Source of the DNA: Antechinus flavipes
Taxonomy: Eukaryota
Reading direction: 5' to 3'
DNA length: 64,000 nucleotides
Assembly: GCF_016432865.1 (NCBI RefSeq)
Contig: NC_067403.1
Location: forward strand, 245,830,001-245,894,000
Shown here: piece by piece, positions 1-11,874 of the stretch
Numbering within the stretch: position 1 is the stretch's first letter
How the letters are laid out: each line of letters begins with the position of its first letter
Position numbers and translations under genes: made by a program
The notes under the pieces: model-generated
The model's database searches: none
What the model was told of the DNA's origin: nothing
What the model saw: only the letters and a program-made list of their open reading frames with translations

Positions 1-1161
1 GTAGGGAATCTAGGGTAGTAAAGAGTTTACTTATGCTTGAGTTTCATGATTTGTGTTTAAGTTTTGGACCCAATAATTGCTAGTGACACTAAGTTATTTT
101 TATGCTGGGATCCTTGAGCAAATCATTTATATAAAGGGATAATAATATTTGTAACATGTATCTCAAAAGATTGCTGTAGGGAATACAATAAAATACAATT
201 TTTATATTTTTCTTGCCATTCAAATAGGATTTATGGTGGTGGAATTGAGAAGAAAGGACCTATGATTTGGGAATCACAAAGATAAATTCTCACATCTGGA
301 ATAGTGAGTTCAATGGGTCTTGTCCCTTAGAATACAGGATCCCTTGAAAAGGATCACATGTCTGCACTCTAGGAAAAACATAAATTTGAAAATTTTTTAT
401 ACTGACCAAAAGGCATTAGAAATACAAATCTAGAGCTGAATAAAATCTCAGAAGCCATCTAGCCCAAAGTCCTAAGACCCATTAGTGTTAAGTGACTTAA
501 TTAAAGACAAAAACAGCCAGTGAGCACCACAAATGGTCATTTAACCCAGGACATGTGACTCCAGAGGCAGCATTCTTAACACAAATCCTAAAACAACAGG
601 CAGATGTTTTCATCTTTGTATTTCTTCTTATATTTTATTTTTTATAAAGACTTCTCCATAGTCCAGGGTCTAAAAGATTAGTCAAGACAAGGCTAATATA
701 GAAATAAGGTAATGAATCTCAATCAGAGAACACTCTCTGATACTTTTGTCATTTCTTAAATTTGTTTTTTCGTGGAAATAGCATGCCTTATGTCTAGGCA
801 TCTTTTAGACTTCTTCAATTCAGCCTGCGGTTACAGAGAACAATTGATGTGATCAAGCATGGTAACTATTCTGAAGACCCTATTAAATTTTGGTGGTCTA
901 CCATTTCTTGAATCCTACAATAAGACCTCCTCCTGGAAGTTAGCATAAGATAGTAATTAATGTGTTCTTACCAAGAAATGGATTGGATTGTGATGTACTG
1001 AGCTCTATATCATTGAAAGATTTAAGCAAAGACATTATGGTATTTTGGTGGGGAGAGGAGGAGGCTTCTGGTTTTCCCTATTTTTACTCATTGGATCTTG
1101 GAATGAAACACCACTTCCTTCAGACTCAATTCTTCCTATTCAAAATAAAAAAGTTGAATTA

Positions 1162-1390
1162 GAACAGGCCTTCTTAAGCTTTGTTTGCTTTATAGTTGAG
1201 GATTATTTTTAATTATTTTTTTTTTTTGGTATTGTTGTTTTGTTTTGTTTCATGGAGCAGTCTGCTCAGTCCAATGATCTTCATCTCAAATAATGCTTTT
1301 AAAGGTATAACAAAATATATAAGGCTACAAAAAGCTGATTTTATTGAAATATATTTTGAAAATATATTTTAAAATTAAGAACTGCCTAAA
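1162..1390 (+). mobile_element. Old non-autonomous hAT/Charlie-type DNA transposon fragment
   Basis: cagg...cttaagc start and ctcaaataatgcttttaaa...aaaatatataaggctacaaa...ttattgaaat resemble the Charlie4-like consensus as I recall it; family not verified. Confidence 0.5.
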
Positions 1391-2275
1391 ATCTATCCAT
1401 AGACTATAAATGGCAGATTTATAGTCCCCAGATTATCCTCAAATTGCTCTCTAACACTTTATAGCCTAAAGTTAACTGTAACTTCAAATTCTCACACATA
1501 CATGTATATATATATATATATATAATATACATATAAATATATATTACTATACACATATTTTATGCATTTCTGAGTTTCTAAACTTTTTCTTTGTCATCTG
1601 TTGAGCTTTACATATCATATCTGCAGCTTCTGCAAAACTCACAATATGTTCCAATTAAATTTCTTATGCCAACCTCCAGCATATCAAACAATGATGGGGA
1701 AAATAATACTGTAGAAAGAATAATTTTAATCATTTATATGGTAATATCAAAATTCCATTGAAACCCAGAGGTTGGAGAATGGAGTATATCAAGAATTTTC
1801 AGAAGGACTTCAGAAACAATTAGTTGGACTATATACCACAAAAGGCACTTGGGTGCTGTTTCATAACACTCTTCCTATTTGTCCCAACTTCCTTCCTCAG
1901 TCTAGCCAATTCTTTCTCAAGAAAATCTGAGCTTCAGTAGAAAAGATAACAACAACAGCTATAAATTAAATCATAAGGACAGTTTCCTTTATTTAAAAAA
2001 AAAACAGTTCTGGAGGAATAGTTTTGGTTTGTTTTTGTTTTGTTTTCCCCAATAGAAATGATGCAGTCATAGGATCAATGACATGGAAAGAATAGGGTGT
2101 ACCTTGGAACTCAGGAACAAAGGTGCTTCCTTTTAGACATTGTTATAGCCTATTGATCTGCTGATAAAAAGATGAGGCCTCCCAAAGGATAACATTTTGT
2201 ACTTGTTTTCATTATACTCCATGGATCAAATAATATTCAAAAAAAAGAAAAAAAAAACAAGAAAAGTCAATTTAT

Positions 2276-3226
2276 TCATTTTATTTTAATAAGTCCATGA
2301 TTTCTATTGCTTATGACCCTGTTCAAAGCATCCTTCACCTCTTTATTTCTCAAACTGTAAATCAAGGGATTTAACATGGGAATGATCACAGTATAAAAGA
2401 CTGAGGCCATTTTATCTGTATCAAGGGAATGGTTTGAGCTGGGCTGCAAGTACATAAATATCAGAGTCCCATAGAAAATGGTGACAGCCACCATATGTGA
2501 GCCACAGGTGGAGAAGGCTTTGCGCCGGCCTTCAGCTGATTGCATCTTTAGAATCGCAGAGATAATAAACATATAGGAGACAAAAACCACCATAAGAGAA
2601 GAGATAAACATTATTCCTGCACATGCAAAAATCCATATTTGTTTGGAATGTGTGTCAGAGCAGGATATCCTCAAGAGAGGCATGTCATCACAGTAAAAAT
2701 GGTTGATAATGTTAGAACCACAGTAGGAGAGGCGGAATGTCAGGATCACATGAAATAATGCAACCAGAAAGCTGTAGCTATAAGGAGTAGCTACCAGCTG
2801 AATACAGATTTTAGGAGACATAAGAACCATATAAAGCAAAGGGTTACAAATGGCCACATAACGATCATAGGCCATGGAAGCTAGCAGCAAGCATTCTGCT
2901 GTCATGAAGGCAAGAAAGCAACCTAGCTGGGCAGCACATGCGTTGAAAGAAATAGTATTTTTCTTATACAAAAAATTCCCTAACATTTTGGGAGTAATGG
3001 AGGAAGAGTAACAGAAATCAACAAAAGCAAGGTGGCTTAGGAAGAAATACATGGGAGTTTTTAGTCGTGAGTCCATTCTGATGACTATGATGAGACCCAG
3101 ATTGCCCACCACTGTGAAGATGTAGATGGACAAGAATACCACGAAGAGGGGCATCTTCAGCTCCTTCTTGTCAGTGATGCCCAAGAGAATAAATTCAGTC
3201 ACCTGGGTAAAATTAATTTCAGCCAT
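2276..3226 (-). CDS. OR8U1-like: Olfactory receptor, class II, OR8U subfamily (OR-1), intact, 316 aa
   Basis: OR motifs [60 protein letters not shown] and N-glycosylation site NFT. Closely resembles human OR8U1 as I recall it. Candidate acceptor ctccag|g about 17 nt upstream of the ATG. Confidence 0.97.
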   Translation of the reverse strand: MAEINFTQVTEFILLGITDKKELKMPLFVVFLSIYIFTVVGNLGLIIVIRMDSRLKTPMYFFLSHLAFVDFCYSSSITPKMLGNFLYKKNTISFNACAAQLGCFLAFMTAECLLLASMAYDRYVAICNPLLYMVLMSPKICIQLVATPYSYSFLVALFHVILTFRLSYCGSNIINHFYCDDMPLLRISCSDTHSKQIWIFACAGIMFISSLMVVFVSYMFIISAILKMQSAEGRRKAFSTCGSHMVAVTIFYGTLIFMYLQPSSNHSLDTDKMASVFYTVIIPMLNPLIYSLRNKEVKDALNRVISNRNHGLIKIK

Positions 3227-3699
3227 TTATTCCATCGGGAGCCTGGAGGATGGAGGAGATAAAAAAGCCTAATCCTAATAGTGTTCTTAATGGTCGCCAA
3301 CATTAATAACAATTATTCATATTAAGAAAGCATTTTTTAAAATTTTATCAAAATTTTCCTCAGTTAAATACATTAATATAGCTATTGCAAAGATCATTGT
3401 ATTCATTTTATTACTAAGTAAATAGTCTCACAGAGTTCATGACTTTTCTAATATCATACACCTAATGAATACCAGTTTATGTAGCTTAGAGTCTTGGCTA
3501 TGATCACAGGTCTTAGAGTTTCTCAAATATGTAATGCTGCATTGCCTTTAGTATATAATTAAATTCAAACTGGCTCCTGAGTTATTATTATTGCCACTTC
3601 TTAATGGATTTTCTCTATCTCTCTGTCTCTGTCTTTCTGCCTCTGTCTTCTATTTCTTTCCCTGTGTGTCTGTTTCTATGTCTCTGTCTCTCTCTCGTG

Positions 3700-4255
3700 C
3701 ATAACTATTACTCTGATTCATGCACCTATTAATTCTTGCCTGGACTGTTGCAAAATCTTATAATTGGAAATCCTTCGACTAAGGTTTTCACTAATCCATC
3801 TTTCACATAACTTCCCCTATAAATATTTTTTTCCCTAAAATTTACATCGGAACTTGTCATTCTTTAGGTGGAATATCTTCAATGTTTACTTTTTGCTTCT
3901 GTGATAAAATAGTAAACCCTCTGCATGGCAGTTAAAACATTCATAATGAGAATTACATCTCCATTTACAATATAAGTTTATGTTACTTCCCAACCCATAC
4001 TCTTCTTTCCTGTCAAATTAGCCAGTTTACTGTTAAATATAAATAGGATATATCTCCTACCAACAAGCTTTGTTATAAGGGCACTCCAACAATCAGAATC
4101 CTCTCTCCTTTTACCTCTAAATCTCCATTAAAGAGGGCTTAAGTGCTAGCTCCTGCCTATTTTCCCCCCTACTCTCTTCAGTAGATAGAGCCTTCTTTAC
4201 TTCCCAAGTAACATTGTATTTGTTTTCTACTCATTTTCTAATCACTAGAATGTAT
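3700..4255 (+). mobile_element. L2 LINE 3' fragment (ancient)
   Basis: Degenerate match to the L2 3' region (cttgcctggactgttgc... through ...cactagaatgta). Confidence 0.6.
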
Positions 4256-5441
4256 TTTAAGTTTCTATTATGTTCCAGGCACAGTATTAAGTGTTAGGGT
4301 TAAAAGAAAAAAATGTATTAAGTACCACAAATAAGCCCATAATCTATCTGAGGATATATTATACACATAAGTGTGTGTTAGTATGCACAAAAAAATGCAA
4401 TTTTGGGATTTCATAGAGCATTAGCTGCTAGGAGAATTAGAAGACATATAAGTTTCGATGAGTGATGAGAACTAAGTCTAAGACACAAAGATGAAGAGGG
4501 AGTAAATTTCAGGTGTGAGGGATAGAATGGGTGAAAATATGGAGATAGGAGATGAGGAATAACATGAAGATCAAGGGAAATTTGGGTGGATAGCATAATA
4601 TACAAACATATATATATATCATATATAGATATAGATATATAGAGCAGCAAAAGTAAAGTTTTTGAAACCAAAAGGGACTTGCATTTGATTCTAGTTGCAT
4701 TAGGTAAGCCCCTAGAATATACTGAGCATGAAAGTGATATAGTCCAACCAATATCTTAGGGATATCACTTTGAGAATTGTTTGAGGAAGACAGATGGAGA
4801 AGGGAGAGATCACGAGTCTGAAAACAAATACAAGATTAAATACAAATAGCAAACAGCAATAAACAACTGAACAGGGTGATGTTTATATGAGTGGAGTGAA
4901 TGAGGTAGAACCAATAAGATTTGACACCTAAACTGAGTGTACAGTGAATGAGGATAAGGAGTCTGGCATCTTTCTGAGATTAAATATTTTGGTGACTAGA
5001 AGGATGCTAGTGCCCTCTATAATAAGAGAAGTTTGGGAGAAAAGCAGGTTTGAGGAGGGGAGAAATCTCCCCTTAGCTAAAAGTTCATTCACTCTTACAA
5101 ACAAAAATGTCAAGTTCTCCTCTATCATCATCATAGTCATTATGCTTATTTTTCAATAATATTTTATTTTTCCAAATACACATAGAGTTTCCAACATTCA
5201 TTTTTGGAATTGTGTTTCAATTTTTTCTCACTCCTCCCTCTACTCCCCAAGACAGCAAGGATATAATGTTTAATTGATCCAAACAATTCCTTCAATTTCT
5301 CTTTCCTTTTGTAATCAAACTTCTAGGTGTGGGGGGAGAGAAATCTTGGATCAACTTTCTCTACTTCTTCTCTCACATATTTTTCCATTCTGATTGTTGG
5401 AGTGCACTTATAACAAAGCTTGTTGGTAGGAGATGTATCCT
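4045..5441. repeat. 55-bp inverted repeat, arms 4045-4099 and 5387-5441, 53/55 identical
   Basis: aggatatatctcctaccaacaagctttgttataagggcactccaacaatcagaat vs the reverse complement of 5387-5441; two mismatches. Confidence 0.95.
4400..5090 (-). mobile_element. L2 LINE fragment(s) (ancient)
   Basis: Purine-rich stretch typical of minus-strand L2 (ggtgactagaaggatgctagtgccctc...gaggaggggagaaat). Confidence 0.5.
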
Positions 5442-5880
5442 GTGTTCTTTCTGTGTTCTGCTCTCACTCAACTGAAATGGTTTTATCCAAAGTTATTGAA
5501 GATCTCTTGACATTTTCCTCTCAATCTGTAACCTCTTCACAGCATTTTATAAAAGTTAGTACTCTCTCCTCCTTGGTTTTCTTCTATGTATAACACTGCT
5601 TCTCTTAATTTTTCTATCATCTGTTTTGTTTCTCATCTTTTCCCTTTGTGAGATTATCATCTCTTAAAAGCCTAAAATAGGGGAATACTTTAAAGCACTG
5701 TGATGGAGTCAGTCCTTTTGCTAACCTTATCCCTTGCTGAACTCAAGTTCCATGGATTCAAATATCATCTCTTTGGGAATGACCTCAGATCTATATATGA
5801 GAACTAAGTTTTCAATTCCTGTTTCAGCTATTACCACTGAACATTTGAAATACATGTTTTATAGTCATCTCAAACCAAAC
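5330..5880 (+). mobile_element. L2 LINE ORF2 fragment (ancient)
   Basis: ctcactcaactgaaatggttttatccaaagtt...gatctct and aatatcatctctttgggaatgacctcagatctata...catctcaaac match L2 ORF2 motifs. Confidence 0.6.
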
Positions 5881-7143
5881 CAAGTAATATAGTCTCATAC
5901 TCAAAGAGCTTACACTCTATTGAGAGAGACGATACATTTATCTATAGATGTATGCAAAATACATAAAAGGTGGTAGATTTGAGATGGACAAACTCTGAGG
6001 ATCATTTCTTCTTCATTTTAAAACTTAAGAAATACAATCTTGAGTTAGACAAGGGTCCAGGTTAAGCAATTTGTCTAAACAGAATAGCACCAAGAAATAT
6101 TTTGAAAAATCTATGACATTAAAAGATGGGAGATTTCCTGTGAATATCCCTAACAATGTAAGAACTATCTTCTTCTATGTTCTGTGGTGATTTATGTCAG
6201 ATAGAGGCAACCAGAAGCTAATGATGATTGCCCTCATAAACTAGAGATACTCCTTCCAAGTATTCAAGTTTCTATTAATAAATGATCCTATTTTAAGCCA
6301 TTTTTTTTTTGTCTAAAACAAATTTGTCTAAATCTCTCTTAGACCTATTTTTCAGGTTGTACTTCTAAAAAGTCTAATTAATTTTTTATAGCGAGAATAT
6401 GTGATATAAATTAAATAGCTAACATTTAATTATATTAGTATTAAGAACATTTATTTATAAATTATAATATTTGTTGATGTAGCTGATCGATGCTTTTGCC
6501 ATTTTCTCCTCCAGCTCACTTCAAAGATAATGAACTGAGAAAAACTGTTAAGGGACTTACCTGAAGTCAAAAAGTTTGTAAATGCCTGGAGCTATATTTG
6601 AATACCGGAAGAAGATTCAGTAGTCTTTACTTCAGGTTCCTCGTTCTATGCACTGCATCATCTAGCTGCCCACTTTAAATAGAACAACCACATATTTGTT
6701 TTCAATCCTTGCCAATGTCAAATCCTCATCCATCAATATAGCTAATAGAAAGAAAAACTATAATTTCCAAGAGTTAGGATGGCTATTTTTCCTAATTCAA
6801 TGTTTTTTAAACTATTCATTGGCCTGCTAACATAGCTAATCAATCATGAGCAATCCAGTTTGGTATAATGGTAAAAATGCTGAACTTGCAATTGAAAGTC
6901 TTAGGTTAGAATTCCTCACTTATTACTTCAGTGACTTTGGCCCAATCACCTATTCTGCATCAAAGGTTCTCTTAATCTAACATGAGGAGTTAAGGTGATG
7001 TCTAAAGTCTCTTCTAGTTCTAAATTGACAATATTATTTGATCAAAACTATTTAACTAGATTTTTTGTATAGATTTTGTCCGACAGTAATGACCAAATTT
7101 CTCATATACTATGCAAGAAGTTTTATTTAAATATTCCCTTCTA

Positions 7144-7828
7144 ACCTGTATGTGCATGAATGTTTGTGGCAACCCTCTTTGTAGTGGCCAGAAACTGAAA
7201 ACTAAGTGGATAACCATCAATTGGAGAATGGCTGAATAAATTGTGGTATATGAATATTATGGAATATTATTGTTCAGTAAGAAAGGACCAGCAGGATGAT
7301 TTCAGAAAGGCCTGGAGAGACTTACATGAACTGATGCTGAGTGAAATGAGCAGGACCAGAAGATCATTATATACTTCAACAACAATACTATATGCTCATC
7401 AATTCTGATGGACGTGGCCATCTCCAGCAATGAGATGAACCAAATCAGTTCCAATAGGGCAGTCATGAACTGAACCAGGTACACCCAGCGAAAGAACTCT
7501 GGGAGATGACTAAAAACCACTACATAGAATTCCCAATCCCTATATTTTTGCCCGCCTGCATTTTTGATTTCTTTCACAGGCTAATAGTACACTATTTCAA
7601 AGTCTGATTCTTTTTGTACAGCAAAATAACTTAGGACAAGTATACTTATTTTGTATTTAATTTATACTTTAACATATTTAACATGTATTGGTCAATCTGC
7701 CATGGTGGGAGGGGATGGGGGGAAGGAGGGGAAAAATTGGAACAAAAGGTTTGGCAATTGTCAATGCTGTAAAATTACCCATACATATAACTTGTTAAAA
7801 AAAAAGCTATAATAAAATAGATAAATAC
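7144..7828 (+). mobile_element. 5'-truncated marsupial L1 (ORF2 C-terminus plus 3' UTR)
   Basis: Encodes a SIGEWLNKLWYMNIMEYYCSVRK-type ORF2 end; G-rich tract and A-rich tail; 13-bp TSD ATATTCCCTTCTA at 7131-7143 and 7829-7841. Confidence 0.93.
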
Positions 7829-8179
7829 ATATTCCCTTCTATACTCTATATATCTGGTACATACTTGATTATTTACATGTTGTCTTCCCCATTAAAATGT
7901 GAGCTCTCTGCAGGCAGACATAATTTTTTTTTGGTCTGTCTTTGTATGCACAAAATTTGTCTCCTGAGCACAGTGCTTAATAAAAGCTTTTTCATTAAAA
8001 ATAAATAAATAAAAAAATAAATCTCTTCAGTTTTTCTCCTAATTAACTGTCACAAAATTTTCTAATCAAATTATTTAATGAAACAAAAAAACTTATAGCA
8101 TTACCTTACCTGATTGAACTAGATTATATTGTTAAAATGTTAAATCACTGGTCTAAATTCTTAAGTTTTCTAGAGCATT

Positions 8180-8440
8180 TAAAATTATGTACGGTGAGCA
8201 AAAAGTGCTCTCCAGAATGTAGAGGAAGTAAGAGAAGATAAGGCTTTATTGATGTCTGTGTCCCAAAAGGACCTTAACCTTTAAGTCTTCCAGAAGTTCA
8301 CTGCTCAAACAGGAATTCACAAAGAAATTAAGTTTAACCCCTATGGGGAATCCAAATTGAGCTAGATGTTAATTGAGGAGCTGCTCTGGGTGTTTGGAAA
8401 AGTGAATATCTGAAACTGCTTCTCACAAGGATGTGAGGAA
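8180..8440 (-). promoter_or_regulatory. Candidate promoter/first exon of OR-1
   Basis: Homologous to the conserved block in spacers A, C, D and E: tttattga...tgtgtcccaaa, atggggaa, TAATTG (8370-8375) followed by ctctgggtg. Candidate donor CAG|GTAAGG at 8110/8109. Confidence 0.55.
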
Positions 8441-8929
8441 GCTAACTAGATAATTGGAAGGAGTTCTGGGATTGCTGTCTTCATTGAGCAGAATGGAAAA
8501 AAAGGGAATTTTCCTTGTTTTCCATTGCTGTTGTTCAACTTGCCTGCTCTACCTTCACTGGGTAATACTTCCTCCTTTGATGCTCACAATATATAACATA
8601 TATACAGATACATACATGTATGTGCATGTATGTGTGTATGTGTATATAACACATACACACAAACATACACACATATACAGCCCAATCTAGACCCCAGTGA
8701 CTATTATCTCAAAACTAAGCAATCAAAGAAGCCAAAAGTCAAATACTACCATTGACAAATCCTTGAGGATTATGGCATAGAAACTACATAAAGAATAAAT
8801 TGGAAATAACCACTAGAAAAATGGCACTAGAGTAATGGGGAAGATTTGGGTTTATATATTGGTTGTAATTCAGAGCAAGTAAGTCAGCTAATGTAAGTCC
8901 TCTAAGCAACTGCCTTAAGACATTCTTAG

Positions 8930-9172
8930 GACCACAAGGGAGGCTGAAGCCCACTCAGAGCTTGGCCAGTCTTCTGAGACTCCAAGATCATCCACTGTAT
9001 CCATGGGCATTGCCTATTATTTTGACCTGTGTCTTCCCAGTGGACTTTGCTGATTTAAAAGAGAGAGCCAGGCTGACAACTTTGCATAACTCTATCTCAC
9101 TTAATCAAATTTAATCCAAGATATAATTTCATGACATCACAGGTCCCCTTCAAAAGGAAGAAGGAAGGACAA
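8930..9172 (+). mobile_element. RTE-tail-related marsupial SINE/RTE fragment (family not determined)
   Basis: Ends in ggtccc-ttcaaaagga...gaaggacaac, the same tail type as the RTE fragments in the spacers. Confidence 0.55.
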
Positions 9173-9239
9173 CTATACTGCTGATTCTTCTCTCCTCATG
9201 CTTCACATAGGGCATGTGATGGACCCAGGGCTTATAGAG

Positions 9240-9307
9240 TCCAGGACTTGTCACCTTTTCTGTCTCATGACTCTGTCCAAGATAACTTAAACAAATTAAA
9301 GAAAAAA

Positions 9308-9343
<36 letters not shown>

Positions 9344-9557
9344 GTATTGTATATATCTTGAAATATATATTTTGAATGCATACAATAAAATATAAAGGTT
9401 GTTAAAGGCTCTCAGTTATATTGAATTAAAATTTTATATCTACTTCTATAAATGTGTATGTATATAAGGTATACTTGAACATATAAATTTTTAAATGCAT
9501 AAAATAAAATTTCTAGGATGTCAAAGGCTCTCAATTATATTGAATAAAAATTCGTAT

Positions 9558-9598
<41 letters not shown>

Positions 9599-9925
9599 TG
9601 TGTGTGTATCTTGAAATATATATTTTGAATGCATAAAATAAAATATAAAGGTTGTCAAAGGCTCTCAATTATATTGAATTAAAATTTTATATCTATTTCT
9701 ATAAATGTGTATGTGTATAAGATATACTTGAACACATAAATTTTTAAATGCATAAAATAAAAATTTTAGGATGTCAAAGGCTCTCAATTATATTGAATAA
9801 AAATTCATATGTATGTATGTGTATGTGTAGGATATATTTTGAATATATATATATGTATGTATGTATGTATAAAATAAAATATATAGGATGCCAAAGGTTC
9901 TCAATTGTATTGAATTAAAATCTAT
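9240..9925 (+). repeat. About 120-bp minisatellite, 5 copies with a 253-bp higher-order dimer, interleaved with (TG)n/(TA)n; probably derived from a Charlie-type element
   Basis: Anchor aaaggctctc/aaaggttctc at 9404, 9523, 9657, 9776 and 9893. Copies 1 and 3 are alike, as are copies 2 and 4. Confidence 0.9.
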
Positions 9926-10689
9926 ACATGTATTTGAATAATCATTTATATATGTACACATAATTTTAAAAATCCACCAAATTGAGGGACCTCAGATTCC
10001 ATAATTTCAAAAAAACAATTCTCAGTAAAGATGGCTATCTACTCGGGTGGAAGGAGTTTGTTCATGCGGAAACTCCAGATGGCCCAGGTCCCGTAGTTAC
10101 CCCATTGGGTCCAAATTGGGAGAGTTGGATAATGAGTTGAGAAGGGGCTGAAGGTGGATTTCAGAGGGATCTTGCTAGTTCCTAACTTCCATGTGCAGAG
10201 ACAGCTCTAGGCATTCAGGTCAGAATCTTTCTCCTAGCTGAGCCTGAGGGGGAACTTGGAAGCCCCCTGCCTGGGGGCATTTCTCTTAAAGGACTGGAAA
10301 GAGGAAATAAGGGTATATTCTCAACTTCCTGAGTAGTTGTGCACATTTCAGTCTGCAGTTAGGGAGGTTGAGGATCTCAATCAGTTGAACCTGGGGGACC
10401 ACTGGAGCATCTGGAGGGTTCAGGCCCTAAGACCCAAAACCACCTCAAGTTAGTCCCATGCAGACTAACTCCCATGGGAGATACATGAGGCAGCTGAGGC
10501 ATAGAAGAAGAAGGAAATGAACAAGTAGTTGTTAAAGCATCTATTGTGTGTCTGGCTCAGTGGGGAAGAGTTTCTGTGACTCTTAGAGCCAGAGCCACCA
10601 AGCACAGGCCCTTCCTGTGACTAGCAGGGAAACTGGAGGCCACTTGCCCAAGGTGATCTAGGATCATGCTGAGAGAGAGCATGGGAGAA

Positions 10690-10850
10690 AGCCCTGAATT
10701 CAAGTTCTGCTTCAGATGCTTACTGGCCCAGATAAGTTATGTAACTCTTAGTCTCAGTTTCCCAGTCTTTAAGATGGGAATCATAATATCAGAGTTACAT
10801 GATAGCACATGTTAGTTACAGAGATCCAATAAGATTTAAAAAGCACTTTG
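10690..10850 (+). mobile_element. MIR/CORE-SINE fragment
   Basis: gccctgaattcaagttctgc...gtctcagtttccc...aagatgggaatcataat...aagcactttgcaaa. Confidence 0.65.
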
Positions 10851-10953
10851 CAAAACAGAAAACTTGAGACAGGGTGACCCAGAGATGACTTCTCCAGTCA
10901 GGCAGGATCACAGGGGATTTGATATAGAAGTGGAAGCCCAGCTTAGCGTGTAA

Positions 10954-11874
10954 TGCCACAGAAACTGAGCAAGATAGCAATTAGAGTACAATTTAATAAT
11001 TTATTTAAAAGGGAGAGATTTACTGGGACCATGTGGATCCATAGTTTGGTCCCAGGGCTGAATGAGACTATATAGTCTCCAAGAATCCAGCCACGAATAT
11101 GAGATACAAGATTCTTTTATAGGGTAACAAGCATAATGACATAATGGGGGAGGTACCTGGATGGGGATGACCTAATGGGGGCAGGCAACTAGGATGACAT
11201 AATGAGAGGTACTAGAGAGGCTCCTGATATTCTAATGATGTCTAAAATGGATAAAGACTTTTATCCCATCAAACATTAAGAGGGAATGGTTTGCCCAAAT
11301 GCTGAGTGAAATGAGCAAGATCAGGAGATCATTATAGACTTCGAAAACAATACTATATAATCATCAATTCTGATGGACATGTCCCTCTTCAACAATGAGA
11401 TGAACCAATTCAGTTCCAAAAGAACAGTAATGAATTGAACCAGCTACGCCCAGGGAAAGAACTCTGGGAGATGACTATGAACCATTCCATAGAATTCCCA
11501 ATCCCTCTATTATTGTCCAGCTGTATTTTTTATTTCCTTCCTAATTGTACACTGTTTCAAAGTCCAATTCTTTTTATACAGCAAAATAACTGTTTGGACA
11601 TGTATACATATATTATATTTAATTTATACTTCAACATATTTAACATGTATTGGTCAACTTGCTGTGGGGGAAGGATAGGGGATGGGGAGAAGGAGGGGAA
11701 AAGGTGGAACAAAAGGTTTGGAAATTGTCAATGCTGTAAAATTACCCATGTATATAACTTGTAAATAAAAAGCTATAATTAAAAAAAAAGAGGGAATGGT
11801 TATAACCTGAGGCAGAGTAACTGAATAGGACAATTAGGGAAACTGAGTCAGAACATCAAACACGAACTGTGGCA
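10954..11874 (-). mobile_element. Solo ERV LTR interrupted by an L1
   Basis: Terminal 8-bp inverted repeats TGCCACAG...CTGTGGCA; minus-strand AATAAA (TTTATT 11000-11005); three imperfect ~28-bp U3 repeats at about 11135-11215. No convincing TSD found. Confidence 0.7.
11292..11787 (+). mobile_element. 5'-truncated L1 inserted in the LTR
   Basis: Same 3' UTR family as 7144-7828; poly(A); 14-bp TSD AAGAGGGAATGGTT at 11278-11291 and 11788-11801; about 7 extra 5' nucleotides. Confidence 0.93.

Noticed and set aside
4045-5441. 55-bp inverted repeats as terminal inverted repeats of a DNA transposon
   Set aside because: No TSD or transposase; the left arm is part of a continuous old L2 and the interior is ordinary host repeats.
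7302-7577. ORFs at 7302-7577, 11435-11764 and 27640-27924
   Set aside because: Chance frames in L1 3' ends.
9346-9925. Regularly spaced repeats resembling a CRISPR array
   Set aside because: Eukaryotic DNA; the intervening sequences are themselves homologous rather than unique spacers, and no cas genes are present.
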